This document shows positions 19,201-26,203 of a DNA stretch of 35,804 nt, piece by piece. This stretch comes from Candidatus Omnitrophota bacterium (GTDB lineage Bacteria; Ratteibacteria; UBA8468; B48-G9; JAFGKM01). Below the pieces are notes generated by a model. That model saw only the letters and a list, made by a program, of their open reading frames with translations, did not search any database and was not told the DNA's origin. How positions within the stretch are numbered: the stretch's first letter is position 1; the number at the start of each line of letters is the position of its first letter. Location of the stretch: assembly GCA_023819225.1 (NCBI GenBank), contig JAMWCZ010000004.1:1-35804 (forward strand), written 5' to 3'. The position numbers and the translations under genes were made by a program.

Positions 19201-20284
19201 ACATATACAGAGTCTTCCCTTCATCAGGTGAAAGCACAATCCCGAAGTGGTCATCCTTGAATATCTCAGGTAGATCATTTTCTCTGACATTCATTTCAAG
19301 TGGTTGTCCCACATACATTACACGGTGCTCCCTGAACTCTTCAGGGATAGGATATGTGAAGTATATATGTAACTGCTTATCATCATAGTAAATCCTTACT
19401 TCTGTTAGGTCATCATTTGCTATATGGAGTATCCTGTCCTTCCATCCTTTCAGAAGCAACATCTTGCTTTTATCAGGTTCTGATAACTTTGGAATGGTAA
19501 TAAAACTCTTTCTATCCTGTGTTAATCCCTTTTTATAAAGGGCAATCGCCTCATTATTATCAATCGCTTTATCAAGAACAATAAGGTCAGCGAAAACAGT
19601 ATGATAGTTATCTGATGAACCGAGTGCAATAAAATTCACAGAGTTTCCAAAATCAGGGACAGAAGGGCCAGCATAAGGACCTATACCCACAGGTTTACCA
19701 TCTATCCAGAAAGATGTCTCTCCTGTCTTCCATGCCACAGTGATATGTCTTTCCTTCTCAGGTGTAAAGGAATCGTACTTTCTCAATTGTCTGTATACAT
19801 CTCTGTTGTCTTTCTGGTTGGAGTGATAGGATACCACACCATAGTAAGGAGTCCAGACAAAACTGAACGCCTTTTCTGTGAAGATATGGGCGATAAACCT
19901 GTCAGTATCACCACTTTTCCAGTCCAAAGGGCGCATCCAGAAACTTACAGTCCCTTCTTGAGCAGAAAGATTTCCTTTTCCTTCCCATCTCAAAGCACTT
20001 ATGTTTTTATCTACATATTCACGTAGTATGTCCACATCCAGCCAGTAGAGAAGTGGCTTTCTTATAATCTCTGTACTCCCTGTGGTTTTACCGGCAACTG
20101 CACCTTTCTTTGAAAGTATTTCATCATAAACGGGAGTGTAATCCTTACAAGGAAAAGGATTGCCTTTTGCATATTCTGCAGAAACAGTTCCATTCAGGGA
20201 TGCATAAAAAAGTATGTTTTTCCTTTCCATTGAAAACGCCATAATTTGAGGAAATAATAAAAACAGGATAAATAATCTTTTCAT
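16295..20284 (-). CDS. Large secreted multidomain glycan-active protein (LamG + CBM9/DOMON-like + DUF6067/GH123-like region)
   Basis: Signal peptide; EGTVSFWMRP..HITVAW LamG; DDHFGIVL..WHMEFHIP CBM9-like; PWPWT, LEFDGFLW, YFDVSEP..C.N..H.CGY, HMS, GEQ and LPYWRN, typical of DUF6067-type putative hydrolases. Confidence 0.7.
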   Translation of the reverse strand: MKRLFILFLLFPQIMAFSMERKNILFYASLNGTVSAEYAKGNPFPCKDYTPVYDEILSKKGAVAGKTTGSTEIIRKPLLYWLDVDILREYVDKNISALRWEGKGNLSAQEGTVSFWMRPLDWKSGDTDRFIAHIFTEKAFSFVWTPYYGVVSYHSNQKDNRDVYRQLRKYDSFTPEKERHITVAWKTGETSFWIDGKPVGIGPYAGPSVPDFGNSVNFIALGSSDNYHTVFADLIVLDKAIDNNEAIALYKKGLTQDRKSFITIPKLSEPDKSKMLLLKGWKDRILHIANDDLTEVRIYYDDKQLHIYFTYPIPEEFREHRVMYVGQPLEMNVRENDLPEIFKDDHFGIVLSPDEGKTLYMFASNAHMARYDAKNGNTSWNSDNWRVISTVSGEEYWHMEFHIPLLDAGIEKMETGEILMFNLYHRSIRVKDLDSIWETGKESIPLAVMKLGGDETVHIESITNPSCGNFSISAKTEGIKKPRMEVSLIKYTVESVDTEKMELKEEERDIIKKEERDISPDKPATIFFSIEEPLCGDILINICDETDILLYRQRIPFVFTLESNASASFLPTLDKLIVHLHTGSDSLISEGISANINVLAKDGKQALSTIKKIEYIEEEVEFNTHNLSPGIYSVKVIFEIEGRKLHEINLQFEKKERPVWLDNKLGYSEKPPWPWTEIKVDRDTIYCKDKYFRYKNSVLPSEISILNENILSSPAILKIFSEGVGYLTDNATMKVIKNTPSAVEFICEDKKGIFTVKTYNRLEFDGFLWIKIEVIPEISGIKLERLLLSIPLKKEYATHWYSGQYPVESLSGYTPEKEYVSLPVSGIRIGGYEQGIQWVWQSLKGWKLKKPETSMRFIPEREGFIVEFTIVDHPVDIKEPLVVELGIHALPAKPYSVEGIRGQWWAWAGHKNLGGINWFEWLSPGGRKVEIGPHQPHIGGRWNYLNMPDEYFEERKKEVLSLKSRMQDEYQWGPYLNHYITEANPSLAPETEYYYEEWRCAPSGRPDFKSLLSTSKSETAQVCYGSKSYQDYYVYYFHRFFSKYSKPEGLPFATYFDVSEPNPCANKYHNCGYTDEKGTYQPEVPVLAWRETMKRLYTIVKDMGKYNWMTTHMSGHPVMAYWSFNDVLIPGEQWAAYMVRKKAEYKAGGKKWPVSYTLTLPMERYRAEFSPWVWGPQTAFLTQSYAWLEPGDDFNDRHWCAINMVHDAFPYHSITYIKLFPFLREFGWDDKVECLPYWRNSKYITLNIYHQDHFVATLWKRETKLLTLIFNNTDEDKTSNISFNFKTLGIKDRDNADLIDVETKEIFKMKDGSVTVPVKKRDFRLLLLQ

Positions 20285-20310
20285 TATATACCCATCATTT
20301 TTTCAGGTGT

Positions 20311-20361
20311 ATTATAATATAAAAAAAGCCACCTTGACAAAATCCAGTTGAAGCATATAAT
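20311..20361. promoter_or_regulatory. Divergent promoters with overlapping -35 elements
   Basis: Plus strand: TTGACA (20334-20339), 16 nt, TATAAT (20356-20361). Minus strand: TTGTCA (20340-20335), 18 nt, TATAAT (20316-20311). Confidence 0.65.
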
Positions 20362-20384
20362 AACCAGAAGGACCGGGAGGAAAA

Positions 20385-21413
20385 ATGTTAAGGGTCTTTC
20401 TTTCAGGGAACAGTAAGGATATAGGTGTGAAACGAGCAGAAGAATTAAGAAGTACTATATTGCTGGTATTGGAACATTTTCTATACCACCATACATTTGG
20501 ACCTGAAAAATGTATAAAGTGGGCAAAGAGATGGAAAAAACAGACAGAAGAGATGTTTCCTTCCCTCCTTGAAGAAATAAAATTTTTAAGCAAGGCATTA
20601 AACATAGATGAGGAGATAATCTTTGCCTTTAACTTCCGTGCGTGGAATGCCCTTTATTCACATCCCTCACATCTTGCGTGTTATAACATAGGGTTTTTTG
20701 ATGCGACAGAAGGCCCTTTACTTGGGGGAGTACTTGAGGATGGTCCACCATTTTATATATTGGAGGAGATTGAACCTTCATCTGGATATAAACACTATTC
20801 TGTTGCACTGGCAGGGACAGTATGGGCCGTGAGGGGACTGAACTCTGAGGGGCTGGCTGTGGGGCAGGTCTCTGCTTTTCCTGGTATGGAGGTTAGAAAA
20901 ACCGATTTTCACTTCGGGACAGAGGACTATGCAAGGAGTTATTTCATTATGAGATATATTTTACAATACTGCAAGGATATAAAAGAAGCAATAGATGTTT
21001 TCAAAAGATATCCTGCACTTGGTAATTTTATGATGGCTGACAATAGAGATATTGCAGTTGTGGAAAAAGCGGGGAATTTAACAGGTATACGTTTCTGCAA
21101 GGATAAGTACATAATAGCAGGTGGCCACTACCTTGATAGTAACCTCGTTACATACCTTTCCGGAAAAGGAATAATCCATATCCCTGATGCTATGAGTGTA
21201 AGACGGCAACAGGCAGTCAGTTTCAGTGTAGAGAAAGAAAGGCCTTCTTTAAAACTTATGAAAAAGATACTACTTTCTCATAGCGAAGAGGAAGGAAGGT
21301 TCTGTAATGATATTATCCAGGCAACAACCATTGCCATCCCTGTAAAGAAACAGTTTTATGTAGCAGGTCCTTTTCCCTGTCATAATATGTTTAAAGTTCT
21401 CAGATTGGATTGA
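20385..21413 (+). CDS. C45-family autoproteolytic Ntn hydrolase/acyltransferase
   Basis: PSLLEEI..L..A N-domain, candidate nucleophile Cys in HLA|CYNIG, GLNSEGLAVG, NFMMAD..AVVE. Confidence 0.75.
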   Translation: MLRVFLSGNSKDIGVKRAEELRSTILLVLEHFLYHHTFGPEKCIKWAKRWKKQTEEMFPSLLEEIKFLSKALNIDEEIIFAFNFRAWNALYSHPSHLACYNIGFFDATEGPLLGGVLEDGPPFYILEEIEPSSGYKHYSVALAGTVWAVRGLNSEGLAVGQVSAFPGMEVRKTDFHFGTEDYARSYFIMRYILQYCKDIKEAIDVFKRYPALGNFMMADNRDIAVVEKAGNLTGIRFCKDKYIIAGGHYLDSNLVTYLSGKGIIHIPDAMSVRRQQAVSFSVEKERPSLKLMKKILLSHSEEEGRFCNDIIQATTIAIPVKKQFYVAGPFPCHNMFKVLRLD

Positions 21414-21429
21414 TTTTATATTTGAACCG

Positions 21430-21749
21430 TGGTACAAAAATCCTGTTGCCTCATTAATTTTTCTATACAAAAATTTCTTCTTTTTCCAATTTTTTCTCCT
21501 GCAGTTGTTCAATCTCTCTTTTTAACTCTCCCGGATTTAAACTTTTATAAATCTCTTCTAACTTCTCTTAATAATCTATCAATACTGGACCGGCTGCACT
21601 TGTCTTCAATTCCCCTTTCTCCTTTAAAATACACACTATTTCTTTTAAGTATGGGACTAACCTTTTCCCTCCTGCCATATCAAACCTCTCTCTTAAGGAG
21701 ATGGATATTTTTGCATAGATTTTTAATGAGGCAATTCGAAAATTTGACA
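21430..21749 (-). mobile_element. Internally deleted IS remnant (MITE-sized) with terminal inverted repeats
   Basis: Perfect 12-bp IR TTGCCTCATTAA at 21446-21457 and 21723-21734. It encloses fragments GGKRLVPYLKE..GEL, SRSSIDRLL and YKSLNPGELKREIEQLQ, resembling an rve-type DDE transposase family. The outer limits are uncertain. Confidence 0.7.
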
Positions 21750-21771
21750 GAAGGGATTTTTTATTTACAAT
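21744..21771 (+). promoter_or_regulatory. Promoter of the URO-D/URO-D/DUF1854 operon, probably giving a leaderless mRNA
   Basis: TTGACA, 16 nt, TACAAT; ATG 21779 lies 7 nt downstream with no SD. Confidence 0.7.
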
Positions 21772-21778
21772 AATTCCT

Positions 21779-22879
21779 ATGAATAATCTTGAAAGATTTA
21801 AAAAAGTTTTAAGTTTTGAAGATGTTGACCATCCTCCTATTGAGCCAGGTATCAGAATATGGAAAGATACACTTAAAAGGTGGAATAGGGAAGGGTATCC
21901 TGAAGGTGTTAACATCTTTGAGTATTTTGGGTTGGAAAAGTTAAAATTTGTATATGCCGGTCCAGATACAGGACCATATCCTCATTTTGTAGAAAAAGTT
22001 ATATCCGAAGATGATAATGCGGTTATAAAGACAGATAAATACGGAAGAAAAATTAAGGACTTTAAGGATGCGACAACTATGCCTGAATGGCTTGAGTTTC
22101 CAGTAAAAAACAGAAACGACCTTGAAAAGGTAATAAAGGAAAGATTTGACCTTTCTCTCCTCAATGATAGATGGTCCTCTGATTTCAATAAAAAGATAGA
22201 AGAATGGAAAGATGAAAAAAGAAATTATATTCTGTTCCTTGATGGTGGATGCTACTATGGTGTTTTGAGAAATCTGGCAGGAGTTGAATATTCTTCATAT
22301 CTTTTTTATGATGCACCTGATTTAGTTGATGAGTTATTTGAGAGGATAAATATAATATGCATTGAAGGGATAAAAAGGATATTATCAGCAGAAGTTAAGG
22401 TTGATTATCTTGGTTTTGGAGAGGATATCGCTTATAAAACATCAACGCTGATATCTCCACCTATGTTTAAAAGGTTTCTTTTCTCCAGATATAAGAAGGT
22501 GTGTGAGATAGCAAAAAAGTATGAGTTGAATATAACTCTGTATGATAGTGATGGAAATCTCAATCCTTTTATGGAATTATATTTTGAAACAGGGATTAAT
22601 TGTTTTACACCCTGTGAGGTTGCTGCTGATATGGACCCTGTGGATTTAAGGAAAAGATATGGAAAGAATATAAAGATGATGGGAGGACTTGACAAAAGAA
22701 AATTTACAAAAGGCAGGGATGATATAAAAGAAGAGATATATAAAAAGATACCTGTTATAGAAGAAGGTGGATATATACCCGGTATTGACCACTCTGTATC
22801 ATCTGATATATCCTTTGAAAACTTTTCATATTATATCAAACTTTTGAAAGAAATCTATGGAATAGGAGAAATAAAATGA
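21779..22879 (+). CDS. Uroporphyrinogen decarboxylase-superfamily (URO-D/MtaA-like TIM barrel) protein
   Basis: EDIAYK...ISP.MF, DSDGN, PCEVAADMD, GGLDKR, GGYIPGIDHSV. Confidence 0.85.
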   Translation: MNNLERFKKVLSFEDVDHPPIEPGIRIWKDTLKRWNREGYPEGVNIFEYFGLEKLKFVYAGPDTGPYPHFVEKVISEDDNAVIKTDKYGRKIKDFKDATTMPEWLEFPVKNRNDLEKVIKERFDLSLLNDRWSSDFNKKIEEWKDEKRNYILFLDGGCYYGVLRNLAGVEYSSYLFYDAPDLVDELFERINIICIEGIKRILSAEVKVDYLGFGEDIAYKTSTLISPPMFKRFLFSRYKKVCEIAKKYELNITLYDSDGNLNPFMELYFETGINCFTPCEVAADMDPVDLRKRYGKNIKMMGGLDKRKFTKGRDDIKEEIYKKIPVIEEGGYIPGIDHSVSSDISFENFSYYIKLLKEIYGIGEIK

Positions 22880-23952
22880 CCGATTTGAGATGGGAAACAT
22901 TAATGGGAAGAGGTCCCAAAAAAATTGTCCACTGGGAACACTGGTCCAATCCTGATGCAGCAACCTATATTTCCGGCGTAGATTTTTACCAGCACCCTAA
23001 GAAATGCATGGAGAAGATTAATGAGATGTATCCCTTTTTATATCTACCTGTTCCTGCAAGTGATGACCCATTACCACGTCCCGAGGAACAGAAGAATAAA
23101 GGTAAGGGTCGCTGGGGACATACCTGTCGTGATTACTGGCAGCAGGAAGAAGCAAAGCATTTTTTTAGAGACAAAGAGGAGATACTGAAATTCAGCCCAC
23201 TTGAAAATCCAGATTTTTCATCCTGGAAGATTCCTGAAGCAGGTGATTATAGGGATGAAGAAACGATATATCAGAGATTTAGAAAAAATTTTCCTGCTGA
23301 ATGGGATGATAATCCACCTAAAGATTCATGGATTGCCGGAGTTGGTTTTTATAATACGATGTTTATGTGGCCTATACTTGTTTTTGGATATGAGAACTTC
23401 TTAAATGTATGCCTTGAGCCTGAATTTGAAAGAATTATGGAAGAGTTTGCTGAAATTAACCGGCGTGTATTCCGTGCCATTGCACGACTTCCTATAAACT
23501 GGGTATGTTGCCATGATGATATTGTAACGACAAGCGGCCCTCTTGTCAGTCCTGCATGGATGAGAAGATATATCTTTCCAAGATATGAAGAATTCTGGAG
23601 TATACTTAAAAGTGCAGGGAAAGAGGTTGTTTTTATGTCTGATGGATGTCTTGATATTTTTGTTGATGACCTTATGTCTCTTGGAATTCGCGGGATTATC
23701 AGTGAGCCATATACAAATTATAAACCTATAGCGAGAAAATATAAGGATTGTTTTCTTGCAGGAGAGGGTGATGTAAGAATACTAATGGAAAACAATCCAG
23801 AAGAGATTAAAAATATGGTTATTTCTATGGTGGAAACAGGTAAGATGTGCAGCGGTTATATGATGTGTATAGGGAACCATATACCTTTTAATGTTCCCTC
23901 ACCTGCTGTAAAATTGTATTTTGACCTTTCGGCAGAGATAGGGTACCGTTGA
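22876..23952 (+). CDS. Uroporphyrinogen decarboxylase-superfamily protein, second divergent paralog
   Basis: HDDI....GPLVSP.W.R.YIFP.Y, FMSDG, SEP, GYMMCIGNHIP.NVP. Confidence 0.8.
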   Translation: MTDLRWETLMGRGPKKIVHWEHWSNPDAATYISGVDFYQHPKKCMEKINEMYPFLYLPVPASDDPLPRPEEQKNKGKGRWGHTCRDYWQQEEAKHFFRDKEEILKFSPLENPDFSSWKIPEAGDYRDEETIYQRFRKNFPAEWDDNPPKDSWIAGVGFYNTMFMWPILVFGYENFLNVCLEPEFERIMEEFAEINRRVFRAIARLPINWVCCHDDIVTTSGPLVSPAWMRRYIFPRYEEFWSILKSAGKEVVFMSDGCLDIFVDDLMSLGIRGIISEPYTNYKPIARKYKDCFLAGEGDVRILMENNPEEIKNMVISMVETGKMCSGYMMCIGNHIPFNVPSPAVKLYFDLSAEIGYR

Positions 23953-24491
23953 AAATGGAAGAGAAAAAAAGTCGACTTGAAGAAATAGAAGTGAGAGCAC
24001 TAAAACCTGAAGAAGTGAAAATTTTCAGGGGGGCATTTAATCTTATGCATGTGATGATAGCAAATGGTATCCTTTACAGAGGTGTATATGCCATAAGGGC
24101 ATTTCCTATAAGATATCCGGATAAGTATATATTCCTTTTCTACTATGATGAAAATGATAGGGTTCAGGAGATAGGTATGATAGAAGACCTCAATATATTT
24201 CCTGAAGAGACGAGGCAGATTATTTTAGATGCAATGAGGAAACAGTACTTTGCATATACGATAGAATCTATATATAGCATAAAACTTGAGTTCGGTGTAT
24301 TACACTTTGAGGTTGAGACAGATAAAGGGCAAAAGACATTTTATATGAGATGGGCATCACACAGAACCCTTGACTTTGGAGAGAGAGGCAAGATTCTCCT
24401 TGATATTTTTGATGATAGATATATACTCCCTAATATAGAAAAACTCACAAAGACAGAACAGGACCTATTCACACGCTATATCTACTGGTAA
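23949..24491 (+). CDS. DUF1854-domain protein
   Basis: RAFPI..PDKYI, EIGMI, FEVETDKG, LLD...DRY.LP pattern. Start is TTG 23949 or ATG 23955. Confidence 0.75.
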   Translation: MKMEEKKSRLEEIEVRALKPEEVKIFRGAFNLMHVMIANGILYRGVYAIRAFPIRYPDKYIFLFYYDENDRVQEIGMIEDLNIFPEETRQIILDAMRKQYFAYTIESIYSIKLEFGVLHFEVETDKGQKTFYMRWASHRTLDFGERGKILLDIFDDRYILPNIEKLTKTEQDLFTRYIYW

Positions 24492-24531
24492 CCTATTATA
24501 TCTCGTCTTTCACTCTTTACATCTATCTAAC

Positions 24532-24560
24532 TTGTCCATAGCAAAAATCTATGGTATTAT
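24532..24560 (+). promoter_or_regulatory. Promoter of the leuD-like...ilvC operon with a palindrome in the spacer
   Basis: TTGTCC, 17 nt, TATTAT with extended TG; CCATAG-7nt-CTATGG at 24536-24554. Confidence 0.5.
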
Positions 24561-24607
24561 TTTTCTCTGTCTGTGTTTTTTTAATTTTTCAAACACTGGA
24601 GAGCAAA

Positions 24608-25105
24608 ATGACACTTAAAGGTAATGTACATAAATTCGGGGATGATATAAATACTGACTACATTATCTCAGGCAAGTATAAATTTAAAACACTTGATATG
24701 AATGAACTGGCTACGCATCTAATGGAAGACATAGTCCCTGATTTCTATAAAAAAGTAAAGGAAGGGGATTTTATTGTTGCCGGTAAAAACTTCGGATGTG
24801 GTTCAAGTAGAGAGCAGGCACCACTTGTTATAAAATATGCAGGTATTCCTGCGGTCATTGCTAAAAGTTTTGCAAGGATATTTTTCAGGAACGGTATAAA
24901 TGTGGGATTGGTTCTTATAGAGGCAGATACAGATGGTATTGATACAGGGGATGAAATAGAAGCGGATATTGAAAAAGGAGAGATAAGAAATATAACAAAG
25001 GGGACTTTCATAAAGTCATCGGTACTACCTGGTTTTATGTTGAAGATTATAAAATCAGGAGGAGTTGTTAACTATATAAAGGAAAATAAGGAATTTAAAT
25101 TATAA
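24608..25105 (+). CDS. leuD: 3-isopropylmalate dehydratase/homoaconitase-type small subunit (LeuD/HacB/DmdB)
   Basis: [40 protein letters not shown]. Start moved to ATG 24608 after GGAG. Confidence 0.88.
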   Translation: MTLKGNVHKFGDDINTDYIISGKYKFKTLDMNELATHLMEDIVPDFYKKVKEGDFIVAGKNFGCGSSREQAPLVIKYAGIPAVIAKSFARIFFRNGINVGLVLIEADTDGIDTGDEIEADIEKGEIRNITKGTFIKSSVLPGFMLKIIKSGGVVNYIKENKEFKL

Positions 25106-25117
25106 GAGGTGTTAATA

Positions 25118-26203
25118 ATGGGATATAGGATTACACTTATACCAGGAGATGGAATAGGTCCTGAAATTACCGATGTGGTAAAGGAATGTATAGAAGCAAC
25201 AGGTGTGGAGATAGAGTGGGATATACAGGAGGCAGGTGAATGTGCTATTGAAAAGTATGGAACACCTATACCAGAAAAGACACTTAAATCCATAGAAGAA
25301 AATAAGGTATGTCTTAAAGCACCACTTACCACACCTGTGGGTAGTGGCTTCAGAAGTGTGAATGTTTATATAAGGCAGCACTTTAATCTTTATGTTTGTC
25401 TCAGACCATTTAAGTTCTATGAGGGTGTAAGAAGCAGATACAGTAATATTGATATCATAGTGATAAGGGAGAATATGGAAGACCTTTATGCAGGAATTGA
25501 ATTTCAGCAGGGAAATAAAGAGACAGAAGAACTCATTGACTTTATAGAGAAAAAGATAGGAAAGCGGATAAACAGGGATTCAGGGATAAGCATAAAGCCA
25601 ATATCAATAACAAACTCTGAAAGGATTGTACGGTTTGCCTTTGAATATGCAAGAAAAAACAGAAGAAAAAAGGTTACGGCAATACACAAGGCAAATATAA
25701 TGAAGTTTACTGATGGGCTTTTTCTTGATATTTCAAGAAGAGTTGCACACGAGTACAGTGATATTGAATTTGAAGATAAAATTGTTGATAATATGGCTAT
25801 GCAACTGGTTCAGAAGCCCGAACTTTATGATGTGCTTGTATGTCCTAACCTTTACGGAGATATTCTTTCCGACCTGTGTGCCGGTCTGATTGGGGGGCTG
25901 GGACTTTCCCCTGGTGCCAATATAGGAGAGGATATAGCGGTATTTGAAGCAACACATGGCAGTGCGCCTAAATATAAAGGGTTAAACAGGGTGAACCCAT
26001 CTGCCTTACTTCTTGCCGGTATTATGATGCTTGACTATATCGGTGAGAGTAAAAGAGCAACAAAACTTGAAGAGGCACTAGCAGATGTGATTAAGGAAGG
26101 GTTGTATCTTACCTATGATTTCAGGGACCCTGGTGATACCAATTATGTCGGAACAAGAGAGATGGGAAGGGCAATTGTTGAGAAGGTAAGGGAGAAGATA
26201 TAA
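25118..26203 (+). CDS. Isocitrate/isopropylmalate dehydrogenase family protein, isocitrate dehydrogenase-like
   Basis: IPGDGIGPE, TTPVGSGFRSVNV, HKANIMK, NLYGDILSD, HGSAPKY. Start is ATG 25118 after GAGGTG. Confidence 0.88.
   Translation: MGYRITLIPGDGIGPEITDVVKECIEATGVEIEWDIQEAGECAIEKYGTPIPEKTLKSIEENKVCLKAPLTTPVGSGFRSVNVYIRQHFNLYVCLRPFKFYEGVRSRYSNIDIIVIRENMEDLYAGIEFQQGNKETEELIDFIEKKIGKRINRDSGISIKPISITNSERIVRFAFEYARKNRRKKVTAIHKANIMKFTDGLFLDISRRVAHEYSDIEFEDKIVDNMAMQLVQKPELYDVLVCPNLYGDILSDLCAGLIGGLGLSPGANIGEDIAVFEATHGSAPKYKGLNRVNPSALLLAGIMMLDYIGESKRATKLEEALADVIKEGLYLTYDFRDPGDTNYVGTREMGRAIVEKVREKI

Noticed and set aside
15983-19961. DGR template/variable repeat pair
   Set aside because: Mismatches are not confined to adenines, both copies are coding and no reverse transcriptase is present.
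21429-21915. ORFs 21429-21773 (+) and 21568-21915 (-) as real genes
   Set aside because: They run across the IS scar and promoter; only part of the minus ORF is transposase-derived.
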